Virus record (IMG/VR): IMGVR_UViG_2757320370_000007
Span: 137,719-172,969 of that record
From: a virus
DNA: 35,251 bases
Strand: one strand, 5' to 3'
Positions 11,901 to 19,335 of this stretch are shown here, one piece after another (position 1 is the first letter of the stretch; each line of letters opens with the position of its first letter). The notes beneath the pieces were generated by a model. It worked only from the letters and a program-made list of their open reading frames with translations, had not been told where the DNA came from and made no database searches. Position numbers and translations under genes: made by a program.

Positions 11901-13415
11901 ACACGTTCCGATGAAATGTATCGAACAAGGCTCAACGCAACCGATGGCATCTCCATAGAAAAACAAGTCAACGGAAACTGGATTAAAAAGTTCTACATTA
12001 ACGTTGAAGACAGTCGGCTTTGGGTTGAAGAGTTGGTCGCCAAAAAGTTAACGATTGTTAACGATTTTAATGATGTGTTCCTTGATATTGATTCAAGCTA
12101 TCTCAATATCGGACGTTTTACGAATATTATCACAGATAATAAACTCACTTCCATTGAAAAATTAACTCTGAAGCAGGAATGGCAAACTATTCAAACTGAA
12201 TATGTTAAACTGCTACAGCAAGCGAATCAGTATAAAACGTCTCAGCGTGACAATTACACAAAAGTGCTTATAGACATACCCCCATTCACTACTGCTTTCA
12301 ATAATCTCGTTGCCTACGTAATCCCCCTACTGGCTGATATGAGTGCAACAACTGACATTGATAGAGATGTGTTCGCCAACAAGTTTCAGGCATACTACAA
12401 TCAGGCGCAGAGAATCATTAATGAGATAACAGATGCTGTCAAATGGAGCAGTTTACAACTTGGCGAAAGCTATAATAAAGTGGTTGTTGACGCATTAAAC
12501 GGTATTACAGTTACTCGCTCAGATAATATCGTAGAAACTGTACTAAATGCCACAGATGGAATCTCAATTAAGCGTAACGGAGAAAAGGTGTTCTATGCAG
12601 ACACTTATGGTGTACTCCATGCAATTGATTTGGTTGCTAAGCGGTTAAAAATCACGAGTGATCCATTTGGCGGAGAATCAGAAGATGCATTGATGATTGA
12701 TGCTTCAACAAAAAGGCTTTATTTAGACAGGTGGGATCTCGTGGGTGCGTCGCGCATAGACGCAGAGATGTTAGCGGCTTCTATAGTGTCGGCAGAATTT
12801 GGGTTCATAAGCAACCTTACGGCGCAACGTCTCTCGACTATGACTCGCTCGGCAATTGGTAGTTGGGCTAATTTCATTAACATCGAAGGCAACTCTATCC
12901 AATGGATAACTGGTATTGCAGCACAAGGAGCACACAAAACCCTTTCAGATGGAAGACCTCTTTATTGGGTTGAATCTTCACAGACCGGACGAATGACAAC
13001 AGATGTCACCCCTTGGCCTGTATATGAATATACCATTGATAGTGCCAATAAGAAAATCAAGGCAGAATTTGCATTTGACGGAACAGGCGATAGTGCGAAC
13101 CCCTTTATTTCAATGGGTATTGGTGATGGGGCAACAGCAACAAGTGGTAGAGGCAAAATAAGCAAATATAATGGTGGTTTGAAGATAAACTACGGGAATA
13201 GTAATTATGGTCATGACAGAAGTGTCGACTTGAGGGATGATGGAGTTTTTGTTAACTCTGATGGTAGTAAAACGCAAGTTACCACTAAAGATTTTACAGT
13301 CACCTCCGATAATGGAACAATCAAGATTGGGAACACAACTGGTGCATTATTTGAAATAAGACCAGATAATAAAATGGTTTTCAAAGGATCGGAATTCCTT
13401 TTTGAAAATATTTGA
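8988..13415 (+). CDS. Tail tip/spike protein (Tal, SPbeta YomG-like prophage tail protein) with internal duplication and beta-rich C-terminus
   Basis: GGAGGAG RBS; LAKPNK...[36 protein letters not shown]...[12 protein letters not shown]; later [12 protein letters not shown] motif; directly follows the TMP. Confidence 0.85.
   Translation: [1475 protein letters not shown]
11490..12713 (+). repeat. Tandem duplication with a 204-aa (612-nt) period inside the tail tip protein
   Basis: [21 protein letters not shown]...IDIPPFT...DIDRD...SSLQLG...GITVTRSD at 11490 recurs as [21 protein letters not shown]...IDIPPFT...DIDRD...SSLQLG...GITVTRSD at 12102. Confidence 0.9.
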
Positions 13416-13505
13416 TACTAATCTTTTAGTATTAAAATACCGATACATATGGTATATACTGTAACTAGATATATACCATATGCAAAACCGGGAGGTACAT
13501 ATTTT

Positions 13506-14216
13506 ATGAAGAAAGTTTCAACGTTTGCTCTAGGTCTAATTGTAGGTGTAACTTTAACAGCCGGAACTGCCGTAGGCGCTGCGACATACCTAAAAGCGAT
13601 TCCAAAAACAGTCAAAATAGTGGTCGGCAACAATCAGTCATCCGTGGAAGCGATGAACGTAAATAATAAGTTGTACGTTCCAGTTCGTGATGCAGGTAAT
13701 TCATTTGGTTATTCTGTTGCTGGCGTAACATCTTCGGCAGTTACTTTTAAAGAGGGGGCGACAACAACTGCCAAATCGGGCGACGCTACCAAGAATGTAA
13801 GCACAGCAACAACTAAAACAGGAGGGGAATATGTGCAAGGGCTACATGACAAATACTCAACAGAGGGCAAACTGGATGCAAATAAGATTAAAGTAGGAAT
13901 TGCAGCAGGAGAAATAACAGCAAACTCCATTGATAAAGAAACGGGTAATAGCCTTTTACATTTTGTAGTTCTGGAAGATAACTTTGCAGTATACTCTATC
14001 ATTAAGGTCAATGCTTTAAATGTAAATGTTCAAAATAGTTCTGGGCAAACACCGCTTATGTTAGCTGTAATTAACGAGAGTATATTTTATCAAGGTGAAT
14101 TAACAAATCAATATAAATCAGATGCTACAATCAAAGATAACGCTGGAAAGCAAGCTATTGATTATGCTACAAAGGGAACATCAACCTACAATGGGTTGCA
14201 GGGTTATATGATGTAA
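13506..14216 (+). CDS. Secreted protein with a copper-amine-oxidase-N/stalk-like domain and ankyrin repeats (moron)
   Basis: GGAGG RBS then MKKVSTFALGLIVGVTLTAGTAVGA signal peptide; NNKLYVPVRD motif; ankyrin motifs GNSLLHFVV, GQTPLMLAV, GKQAIDYA. Confidence 0.8.
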   Translation: MKKVSTFALGLIVGVTLTAGTAVGAATYLKAIPKTVKIVVGNNQSSVEAMNVNNKLYVPVRDAGNSFGYSVAGVTSSAVTFKEGATTTAKSGDATKNVSTATTKTGGEYVQGLHDKYSTEGKLDANKIKVGIAAGEITANSIDKETGNSLLHFVVLEDNFAVYSIIKVNALNVNVQNSSGQTPLMLAVINESIFYQGELTNQYKSDATIKDNAGKQAIDYATKGTSTYNGLQGYMM

Positions 14217-14253
14217 CACACCATCCCATATCCTAACTCAATGCTCCACAAAT

Positions 14254-14281
14254 AAGCCAGCATACCAATGTTGGCTTTTTA
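14254..14281 (+). terminator. Rho-independent terminator
   Basis: AAGCCAGCAT-acca-ATGTTGGCTT followed by Ts. Confidence 0.75.
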
Positions 14282-14315
14282 CTATGTGAACTCTCATTTA
14301 ACATTATTTATTATA

Positions 14316-14335
14316 TATATGTTTACTTTATAAAT
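14316..14335 (+). repeat. 20-bp element TATATGTTTACTTTATAAAT (exact inverted copy at 15546-15565), putative operator
   Basis: Exact reverse complement at 15546-15565; 13-bp partial copy at 15223-15235. Confidence 0.75.
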
Positions 14336-14350
14336 TCCTTGTGATATATT
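14322..14350 (+). promoter_or_regulatory. SigA-like promoter of antirepressor 1
   Basis: TTTACT-17 bp-TATATT with TGn extended -10. Confidence 0.55.
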
Positions 14351-14399
14351 ATATTTGCGGATACTTATTCGTAAATATAATAACAGGGAGAATGATAAT

Positions 14400-15236
14400 T
14401 TGAAAAATGGTCAACTGCAAATGTTTGAAGGAAACGAAGTAATGATCTTGACCAAGGAAGATGTGAGCTTTGGGTTTAAGGGTGATTTTTTAATCAGAGC
14501 AAAAGACGTATCTGCTGCCTTAGATTATGAACGAGTTGAGAATGTTATTAAGCTATGTAAGAGCGATCAAGTGTTTAAGGTTAAAAATTCCGATTTCGCT
14601 AATACGGCGAAAACGAAATTAAACAACACCGGAGAATCTTTTTTCACTAATCTAGCTCTAAATCGTGTTTTGGGTAAATCCGAAATGCCAAACGCGGAGC
14701 CATTCCAAGATTGGTTGTTTGAAGAGGTATTGCCTTCTATCCAAAAGACAGGAACATATGGTATCGTTACTAATGCTCCGTCTTACATGATAGATAATCC
14801 TATTGAACGTGCTAAGAGATGGATTCAAGAACGCGAAGAGACGGAATTGCTTCAAACCAATAATCTCATACTCGAACAAGTCGTTGCAGAATACACTCCA
14901 AAAGTAACTTACTTTGATACCATTCTAAATGCTAAAGATGCTATTTTGATTAGTCAAATTGCTTCAGATTATGATTTAACACCTCAGAAGTTAAATAAGA
15001 TATTAAATGAGGAAAAAGTTCAGCATAAACTAAATGGTCAATGGTTGTTGCTAAAGAAGCATTTACATCAAGGGTATACTAAATCAGAAACCCATCACTA
15101 CAAGGATAGTCTTGGAGTGGATCAAACGAAAATGAATACAAAGTGGACTCAAAAAGGAAGATTGTTTATACATAGTATATTGGAGAAGTTAGAGATCAAA
15201 CCAGCGATGGATAAGTTTAATGAAGTAAACATATAA
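14400..15236 (+). CDS. Phage antirepressor (Bro-N plus ANT/KilA-C)
   Basis: GGGAG RBS and TTG at 14400; AKDVSAALDY...FQDWLFEEVLPSIQKTGTY (Bro-N); PKVTYFD...KLNKIL...TKWTQKGRLFI (ANT). Confidence 0.88.
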   Translation: MKNGQLQMFEGNEVMILTKEDVSFGFKGDFLIRAKDVSAALDYERVENVIKLCKSDQVFKVKNSDFANTAKTKLNNTGESFFTNLALNRVLGKSEMPNAEPFQDWLFEEVLPSIQKTGTYGIVTNAPSYMIDNPIERAKRWIQEREETELLQTNNLILEQVVAEYTPKVTYFDTILNAKDAILISQIASDYDLTPQKLNKILNEEKVQHKLNGQWLLLKKHLHQGYTKSETHHYKDSLGVDQTKMNTKWTQKGRLFIHSILEKLEIKPAMDKFNEVNI

Positions 15237-15283
15237 ATAAAACATTCACTTTTATGTACATACAATAATGAATATATATTATT

Positions 15284-15313
15284 AAAAGCGCCATTTATTT
15301 CGGCGCTTCTTTT
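15284..15313. terminator. Bidirectional terminator between convergent genes
   Basis: AAAAGCGCC-atttatttc-GGCGCTTCTTTT. Confidence 0.7.
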
Positions 15314-15324
15314 GATATCCCGCA

Positions 15325-15528
15325 TTAATCTTCAACGTATTCGATCAATTCAGATAATGAGCAATTGAATACTTTGCACATCCTGTCTAACCACTCCACT
15401 TCAATTCTTTTGATTTTTTCATCATATAATAACCCTATTGTATTTTGTCTAATACCAGTTAAGTCAGACAAATCCTTTCTGCTCATCTTGTGTTTTCCAA
15501 GCATTTCTGCCACCTTAATTTTTATCAT
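15325..15528 (-). CDS. XRE/Cro-like HTH transcriptional regulator
   Basis: MIKIKVAEMLGKHKMSRKDLSDLTGIRQNTIGLLY...LDRMCKVFNCSLSELIEY; AAGGTGG RBS on the minus strand. Confidence 0.9.
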   Translation of the reverse strand: MIKIKVAEMLGKHKMSRKDLSDLTGIRQNTIGLLYDEKIKRIEVEWLDRMCKVFNCSLSELIEYVED

Positions 15529-15545
15529 AAAATACGACCACCTTT

Positions 15546-15565
15546 ATTTATAAAGTAAACATATA
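15546..15565 (-). repeat. Inverted copy of the 20-bp putative operator, in the xre leader
   Basis: ATTTATAAAGTAAACATATA is the reverse complement of 14316-14335. Confidence 0.75.
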
Positions 15566-15573
15566 CACTTTTA

Positions 15574-15637
15574 ATTATATACTAATAAGAATAAATTAAC
15601 AATATCTGTTTACAAATATCTATTAGCGTTGTACAAT
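15574..15637. promoter_or_regulatory. Divergent SigA-like promoter pair
   Basis: Leftward TTGTTA (15602-15597)-17 bp-TATAAT (15579-15574); rightward TTTACA (15609-15614)-17 bp-TACAAT (15632-15637). Confidence 0.55.
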
Positions 15638-15678
15638 ATCCCTAGAAGATATTTAATATTACTAGGAGATGGTAATCA

Positions 15679-16068
15679 ATGAACACTAAAGTTCAGTTAA
15701 TAGCTCCACTCGATTCCGACACAGATTTAAACATTTATTATGTAAGAGATCAGTTTGGACGCACATGGAATACGGTAGCAAGTGATGCAAAACAAGCCAA
15801 AGACAATATTACACACGGTGAAGATGTTCTGACTTATAAATTATACACTACCGCCAAGATGGGCGAAAGTCTTCCAGAATATGATTTCAAAAATCTTATA
15901 TTAGGCATGATGGAGGAAATGAATCTCCAAGATACATATGAATATGAGGAGGTTATTGGATGGGATCGGGAAGATGTTTTTCAGTTCTTTAGAGAGTCCT
16001 CTCTTCGACCTTGTAATACTTTAATTGAGATTCATAAATTCTTACATAAAAGGGGAGTGTGGAAATGA
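15679..16068 (+). CDS. Hypothetical protein
   Basis: AGGAG RBS, 129-aa ORF, ATGA overlap with the next gene. Confidence 0.75.
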   Translation: MNTKVQLIAPLDSDTDLNIYYVRDQFGRTWNTVASDAKQAKDNITHGEDVLTYKLYTTAKMGESLPEYDFKNLILGMMEEMNLQDTYEYEEVIGWDREDVFQFFRESSLRPCNTLIEIHKFLHKRGVWK

Positions 16069-16808
16069 GCTTAATTAAATTCGAGAATTTTGAGGTTGAT
16101 ACTTTAAATGAAGACGGTAGTCTATGGGATGGGAGCGGAGATGCTTGGTTTATTCCTAAGCAAATTGCAGAAGCACTTAGCGCTTCGAACCCAAGAAAAT
16201 ATGCAAACGAGTTAATCAGAAAGAATTTTGAGAGATTTGAGGGTTTTTCAGTTGGCTGTAAACTGAGGTCAACTGATGGAAAGAGTTATGACACTAACAT
16301 TATTAATGAAAATGGATTATATATATTTTTAATGGCATCAAATCTTCCTCAAGCAATATCTTTTCAGCGTCAAGTATCAGAAATGATTAAAAAGATAAGA
16401 AAAGATAAGATACAAGTATTTAAATCAATCCCTCAAAATTATAAAGAAGCCGTAGCCGCACTGCTAGGACAATTAGAGGAAAATGATAAACTTCAGGAAG
16501 AAATTCAAGAACAAAAACCTAAAGTTCAAATCTATCACAGAATGATTGATGCTGAAAGCAATCAAACATTTAACGAGGTTGCAAAGTCATTGAAAATTGG
16601 AAGAAATAAAATGTTGAAAATACTGCGAGATAAAAAATTTCTTATGTGGAATAATCTACCCTACCAGAAATATTTAGAAAGCAATCATTTTTTCGTTAGA
16701 GAAGTTACTAAGAATGGAAAAAACTTTACTCAAACATTGGTTACAGCGAAAGGGCTAGACCTTTTAGGTAGACTTTTTATCTCATCAAAAGAAGTTATCA
16801 AAGTTTAA
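16065..16808 (+). CDS. Second phage antirepressor (Bro-N plus ANT/KilA-C)
   Basis: WFIPKQIAEAL...IINENGLYIFLMASNLPQAISFQ; IPQNYKEA; KPKV...VAKSLKIGRNK...PYQKY...QTLVTAKG. Confidence 0.85.
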   Translation: MSLIKFENFEVDTLNEDGSLWDGSGDAWFIPKQIAEALSASNPRKYANELIRKNFERFEGFSVGCKLRSTDGKSYDTNIINENGLYIFLMASNLPQAISFQRQVSEMIKKIRKDKIQVFKSIPQNYKEAVAALLGQLEENDKLQEEIQEQKPKVQIYHRMIDAESNQTFNEVAKSLKIGRNKMLKILRDKKFLMWNNLPYQKYLESNHFFVREVTKNGKNFTQTLVTAKGLDLLGRLFISSKEVIKV

Positions 16809-16810
16809 AA

Positions 16811-16921
16811 ACAACACTCCTCATCCGCATCCCCTACTGGGAATTTGATCGTATTGAAGAAATACTGGATGAGGAGTTGTCAAAGTTAGGGACCATTAAA
16901 TCTCAATTGCAAATCAATTAA
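16811..16921 (+). pseudogene. C-terminal relic of a Vsr-like/PD-(D/E)xK homing endonuclease gene
   Basis: Start-less frame reads TTLLIRIPYWEFDRIEEILDEELSKL...*, matching the LIRIPYW-F--IE-IL end motif that I recall from phage homing endonucleases. Confidence 0.6.
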
Positions 16922-16932
16922 TTCTCATTCAC

Positions 16933-17250
16933 TTACTTAAGCAGCGGAGTGTCATTCATTCTCTTTTGATACTCCTTCTCTTTATATTCCATAAAATTGT
17001 TGTAGTCTTTTCGCGTCCAATCTTTCACCTCTTTTGCTTTCGGACTTGATATATTACATGAACCCAATGAAAAAAGAAAGTAAGGGATCAAAAAAGCGAT
17101 CCCAGCATATGCAAGATAGTCATACACTGATCTTTTGTTTGGCCTTGTATTGAAATCTATTACGGGTGCAGAACTATCAATTTCACTTCCGCAACTAAAA
17201 CAATATCTATTATCTCGCGGCATCTCATAGCCACATTTTTTACATTTCAA
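16933..17250 (-). CDS. Zinc-ribbon membrane protein (moron)
   Basis: AGGAG RBS and TTG; CKKCG...YCFSCG zinc ribbon; one TM segment YLAYAGIAFLIPYFLFSL. Confidence 0.75.
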   Translation of the reverse strand: MKCKKCGYEMPRDNRYCFSCGSEIDSSAPVIDFNTRPNKRSVYDYLAYAGIAFLIPYFLFSLGSCNISSPKAKEVKDWTRKDYNNFMEYKEKEYQKRMNDTPLLK

Positions 17251-17368
17251 AAAGTCATCTCCTATATTTGGTAGTGAAATTATTGTAGCATTTAGTATAT
17301 GTTTATGGAACATTTTTCAGTGTGATTTTTCGATGGTAAAAAAGTAGAAAAAATCTAGTCCAAAAAGC

Positions 17369-17411
17369 ACCATAATTTCAAGTACTAAAAGCAGTTAAAT
17401 TATGGTACAAT
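17369..17411 (+). promoter_or_regulatory. Inverted repeat overlapping the extended -10 promoter of the TA operon
   Basis: ACCATAATTT (17369-17378) / AAATTATGGT (17397-17406); TGgTACAAT at 17403-17411. Confidence 0.5.
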
Positions 17412-17523
17412 TAAGAAGCGCCAATTCTCCCCTCTTTTTTAACTCTATTTTTAATAGAGGTTTTAAACATCATTTAGAGGGCATAATTATAACCAAGCGA
17501 ATTTAGCTTGGGAGGTGTAAAAC

Positions 17524-17718
17524 ATGAGTAGTAAAAACGAGGAGGAAAAAGATATGTCAGTTGTCCTCAAAAACAAATATGCCCACCTCAAAAACAAACT
17601 TGATGAAATAAGTAAAGACGCACCTAAGCTCAAAGGCAAACGGGGAATGATTGAGCTTGATCCATCAAATAAGCACCATGTTGAATGGTTTGAAAAAGAT
17701 CATTATAAAGGTGAGTGA
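17524..17718 (+). CDS. Putative antitoxin (small protein upstream of the PemK-like toxin)
   Basis: GGAGGTG RBS; 64 aa; GTGA overlap with the toxin gene. Assignment is positional only. Confidence 0.55.
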   Translation: MSSKNEEEKDMSVVLKNKYAHLKNKLDEISKDAPKLKGKRGMIELDPSNKHHVEWFEKDHYKGE

Positions 17719-18098
17719 AGTTTGTTGTGAGTAAAGATCCAGAAATTTCCGAAATGTGGACAGCAAGAATTTATTTCAAAGGTACAAGTGGAACAAGTAA
17801 ACCGCGCCCCGTACTAGTAATCAATTTCAGTGAAGATACAGGATTATACACTATACAAGAGATCACTAGTATAGGGCCAAAAACACCACCTATTCATTAC
17901 GATGGTTTTAAACAGGTCATTGAGCAATGGAAAAACTCTGGACTGGATGAAAAATCATACGTTAAATGTGCTCCAGAAAATACGCATAATGTTGAAAGAA
18001 TTCGTTTAAAAAGTTACATAGGTGTTTCTGATGAAGATGACTTTGAAGCAATTATCCAAAAAATACTTGAGTCAAGAAAGAAACAGTCACTCAGATGA
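17715..18098 (+). CDS. PemK/MazF-like endoribonuclease toxin
   Basis: W-A-IYF...SKPRPVLVI...ITS...W--SGLDEKSYVK...IG motifs of the PemK fold. Confidence 0.78.
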   Translation: MKFVVSKDPEISEMWTARIYFKGTSGTSKPRPVLVINFSEDTGLYTIQEITSIGPKTPPIHYDGFKQVIEQWKNSGLDEKSYVKCAPENTHNVERIRLKSYIGVSDEDDFEAIIQKILESRKKQSLR

Positions 18099-18109
18099 GT
18101 GGCTTTTTT
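18085..18109 (+). terminator. Terminator overlapping the toxin stop codon
   Basis: AGTCACTC-agat-GAGTGGCT followed by TTTTT. Confidence 0.7.
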
Positions 18110-18208
18110 GATGTCTTTCTTCACAAGATAAAATAACAATTTCATAGTGATTCAACAACTCTAAAACCCTTATAAACAAAGGGTTTTTTATTATGCCGTT
18201 TTAAGGAT

Positions 18209-18700
18209 GTGAGTCAAATCGCTAAAGTTGCAGTAAATGGATCAAACATAACAGAAGCAATTAAGTCAGGTCATGTAACATACTCAATTGAAAATTATGT
18301 AGAAGAATATTGTATTGCGTATGACGAAAACGGTGCCTGTATTGATTATGATGGAGGTTACTGGCAGTCTGGTGGCTCAGGCAGCACAGGTGCAAAAATA
18401 ACGGGTACAATCGTGGCTCAAAACAGCAAGTTAAAAGTAGGTGGTAAAAATGTAGCTGTCATTGGAGATCAAACTAATGAGGTATGGGAAGCCGACCCTC
18501 CAATCCCCTCAAGCGATAGTTCTACAAGATATACAGCAACTTCCTCCACCTCCGGTAGCGGCCAAGGAACAATTACAGGTGGCAACAACAAGAATGCAAA
18601 ACTTAATGGACAACTTATTGCCGCAGTTGGGTCTGAGGTAACAACTTGTCTGGGAAGCACAACTACAATTGCTGATGGTGAGAATTCAATGAACATGTAA
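18209..18700 (+). CDS. PAAR-like spike-tip protein
   Basis: Three degenerate PAAR repeats (KVAVNGS, KVGGKNVAVIGD, KLNGQLIAAVGS), GQGTITGG, and ending TCLGSTTTIADG. Confidence 0.65.
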   Translation: MSQIAKVAVNGSNITEAIKSGHVTYSIENYVEEYCIAYDENGACIDYDGGYWQSGGSGSTGAKITGTIVAQNSKLKVGGKNVAVIGDQTNEVWEADPPIPSSDSSTRYTATSSTSGSGQGTITGGNNKNAKLNGQLIAAVGSEVTTCLGSTTTIADGENSMNM

Positions 18701-18713
18701 AGAAGGTGAACAA

Positions 18714-19319
18714 ATGACAATACGTGACTCCCTCTTCTTCTCTTTTGCTGGTGAGAAATCAACTAAATATGGGATTTACAACGTGAACATGGATAGTGGC
18801 ATGCAAGAAGAAATATTTGCTCCATCAGCAGAAATTATCGAGGAAACGGTAAGGGGTCGAGATAAGCCATATTTCCAAGGGATAAAACGCAGTCCATTAA
18901 AGTTCCCGGTTAGTTTTGCATTTATGGATACTTGGGATACTCGTAAGATAAGTGAAGTTGCTCAGTGGCTAACATCGCCTGACTATTATCAGGAATTGTA
19001 TTTCACTAATGAAATAGGCAACAACCCTGAACGAATATTTTATGCAGTAGTCGTAGATGATGCAACTCTTGTACATAACTGTCTAAAGCAAGGATATGTA
19101 AAACTAACCTTTAGATGTGATTCCCCTTACTCCTACACACCTATAACAACAAGTCGTGAATACATATGGGATAAATCCTCTGAATCGGTTGGACTAACTG
19201 ATTTTTCACAAGGAGAAAAGAAATCACTCATCGTGAATGGTTCGGGACACCTAACCCTGAACCCGATCAAGCCAAAATGGAGTGACTACCCCAAAGGAAC
19301 AAAATGGAGTGATCTTTAA
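18714..19319 (+). CDS. Distal tail protein (Dit, YomH-like), N-terminal half
   Basis: FFSFAGEKSTKYGI...EETVRGRDKPYF...VAQWL...YAVVVD...GYVKLTFRCDSPYSY. Confidence 0.82.
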   Translation: MTIRDSLFFSFAGEKSTKYGIYNVNMDSGMQEEIFAPSAEIIEETVRGRDKPYFQGIKRSPLKFPVSFAFMDTWDTRKISEVAQWLTSPDYYQELYFTNEIGNNPERIFYAVVVDDATLVHNCLKQGYVKLTFRCDSPYSYTPITTSREYIWDKSSESVGLTDFSQGEKKSLIVNGSGHLTLNPIKPKWSDYPKGTKWSDL

Positions 19320-19335
19320 GAAAGGAGAATGAATT

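Noticed and set aside
17320-17523. Type III TA (ToxIN-like) RNA antitoxin array
   Set aside because: No tandem direct repeats, and a small protein gene occupies the antitoxin position.
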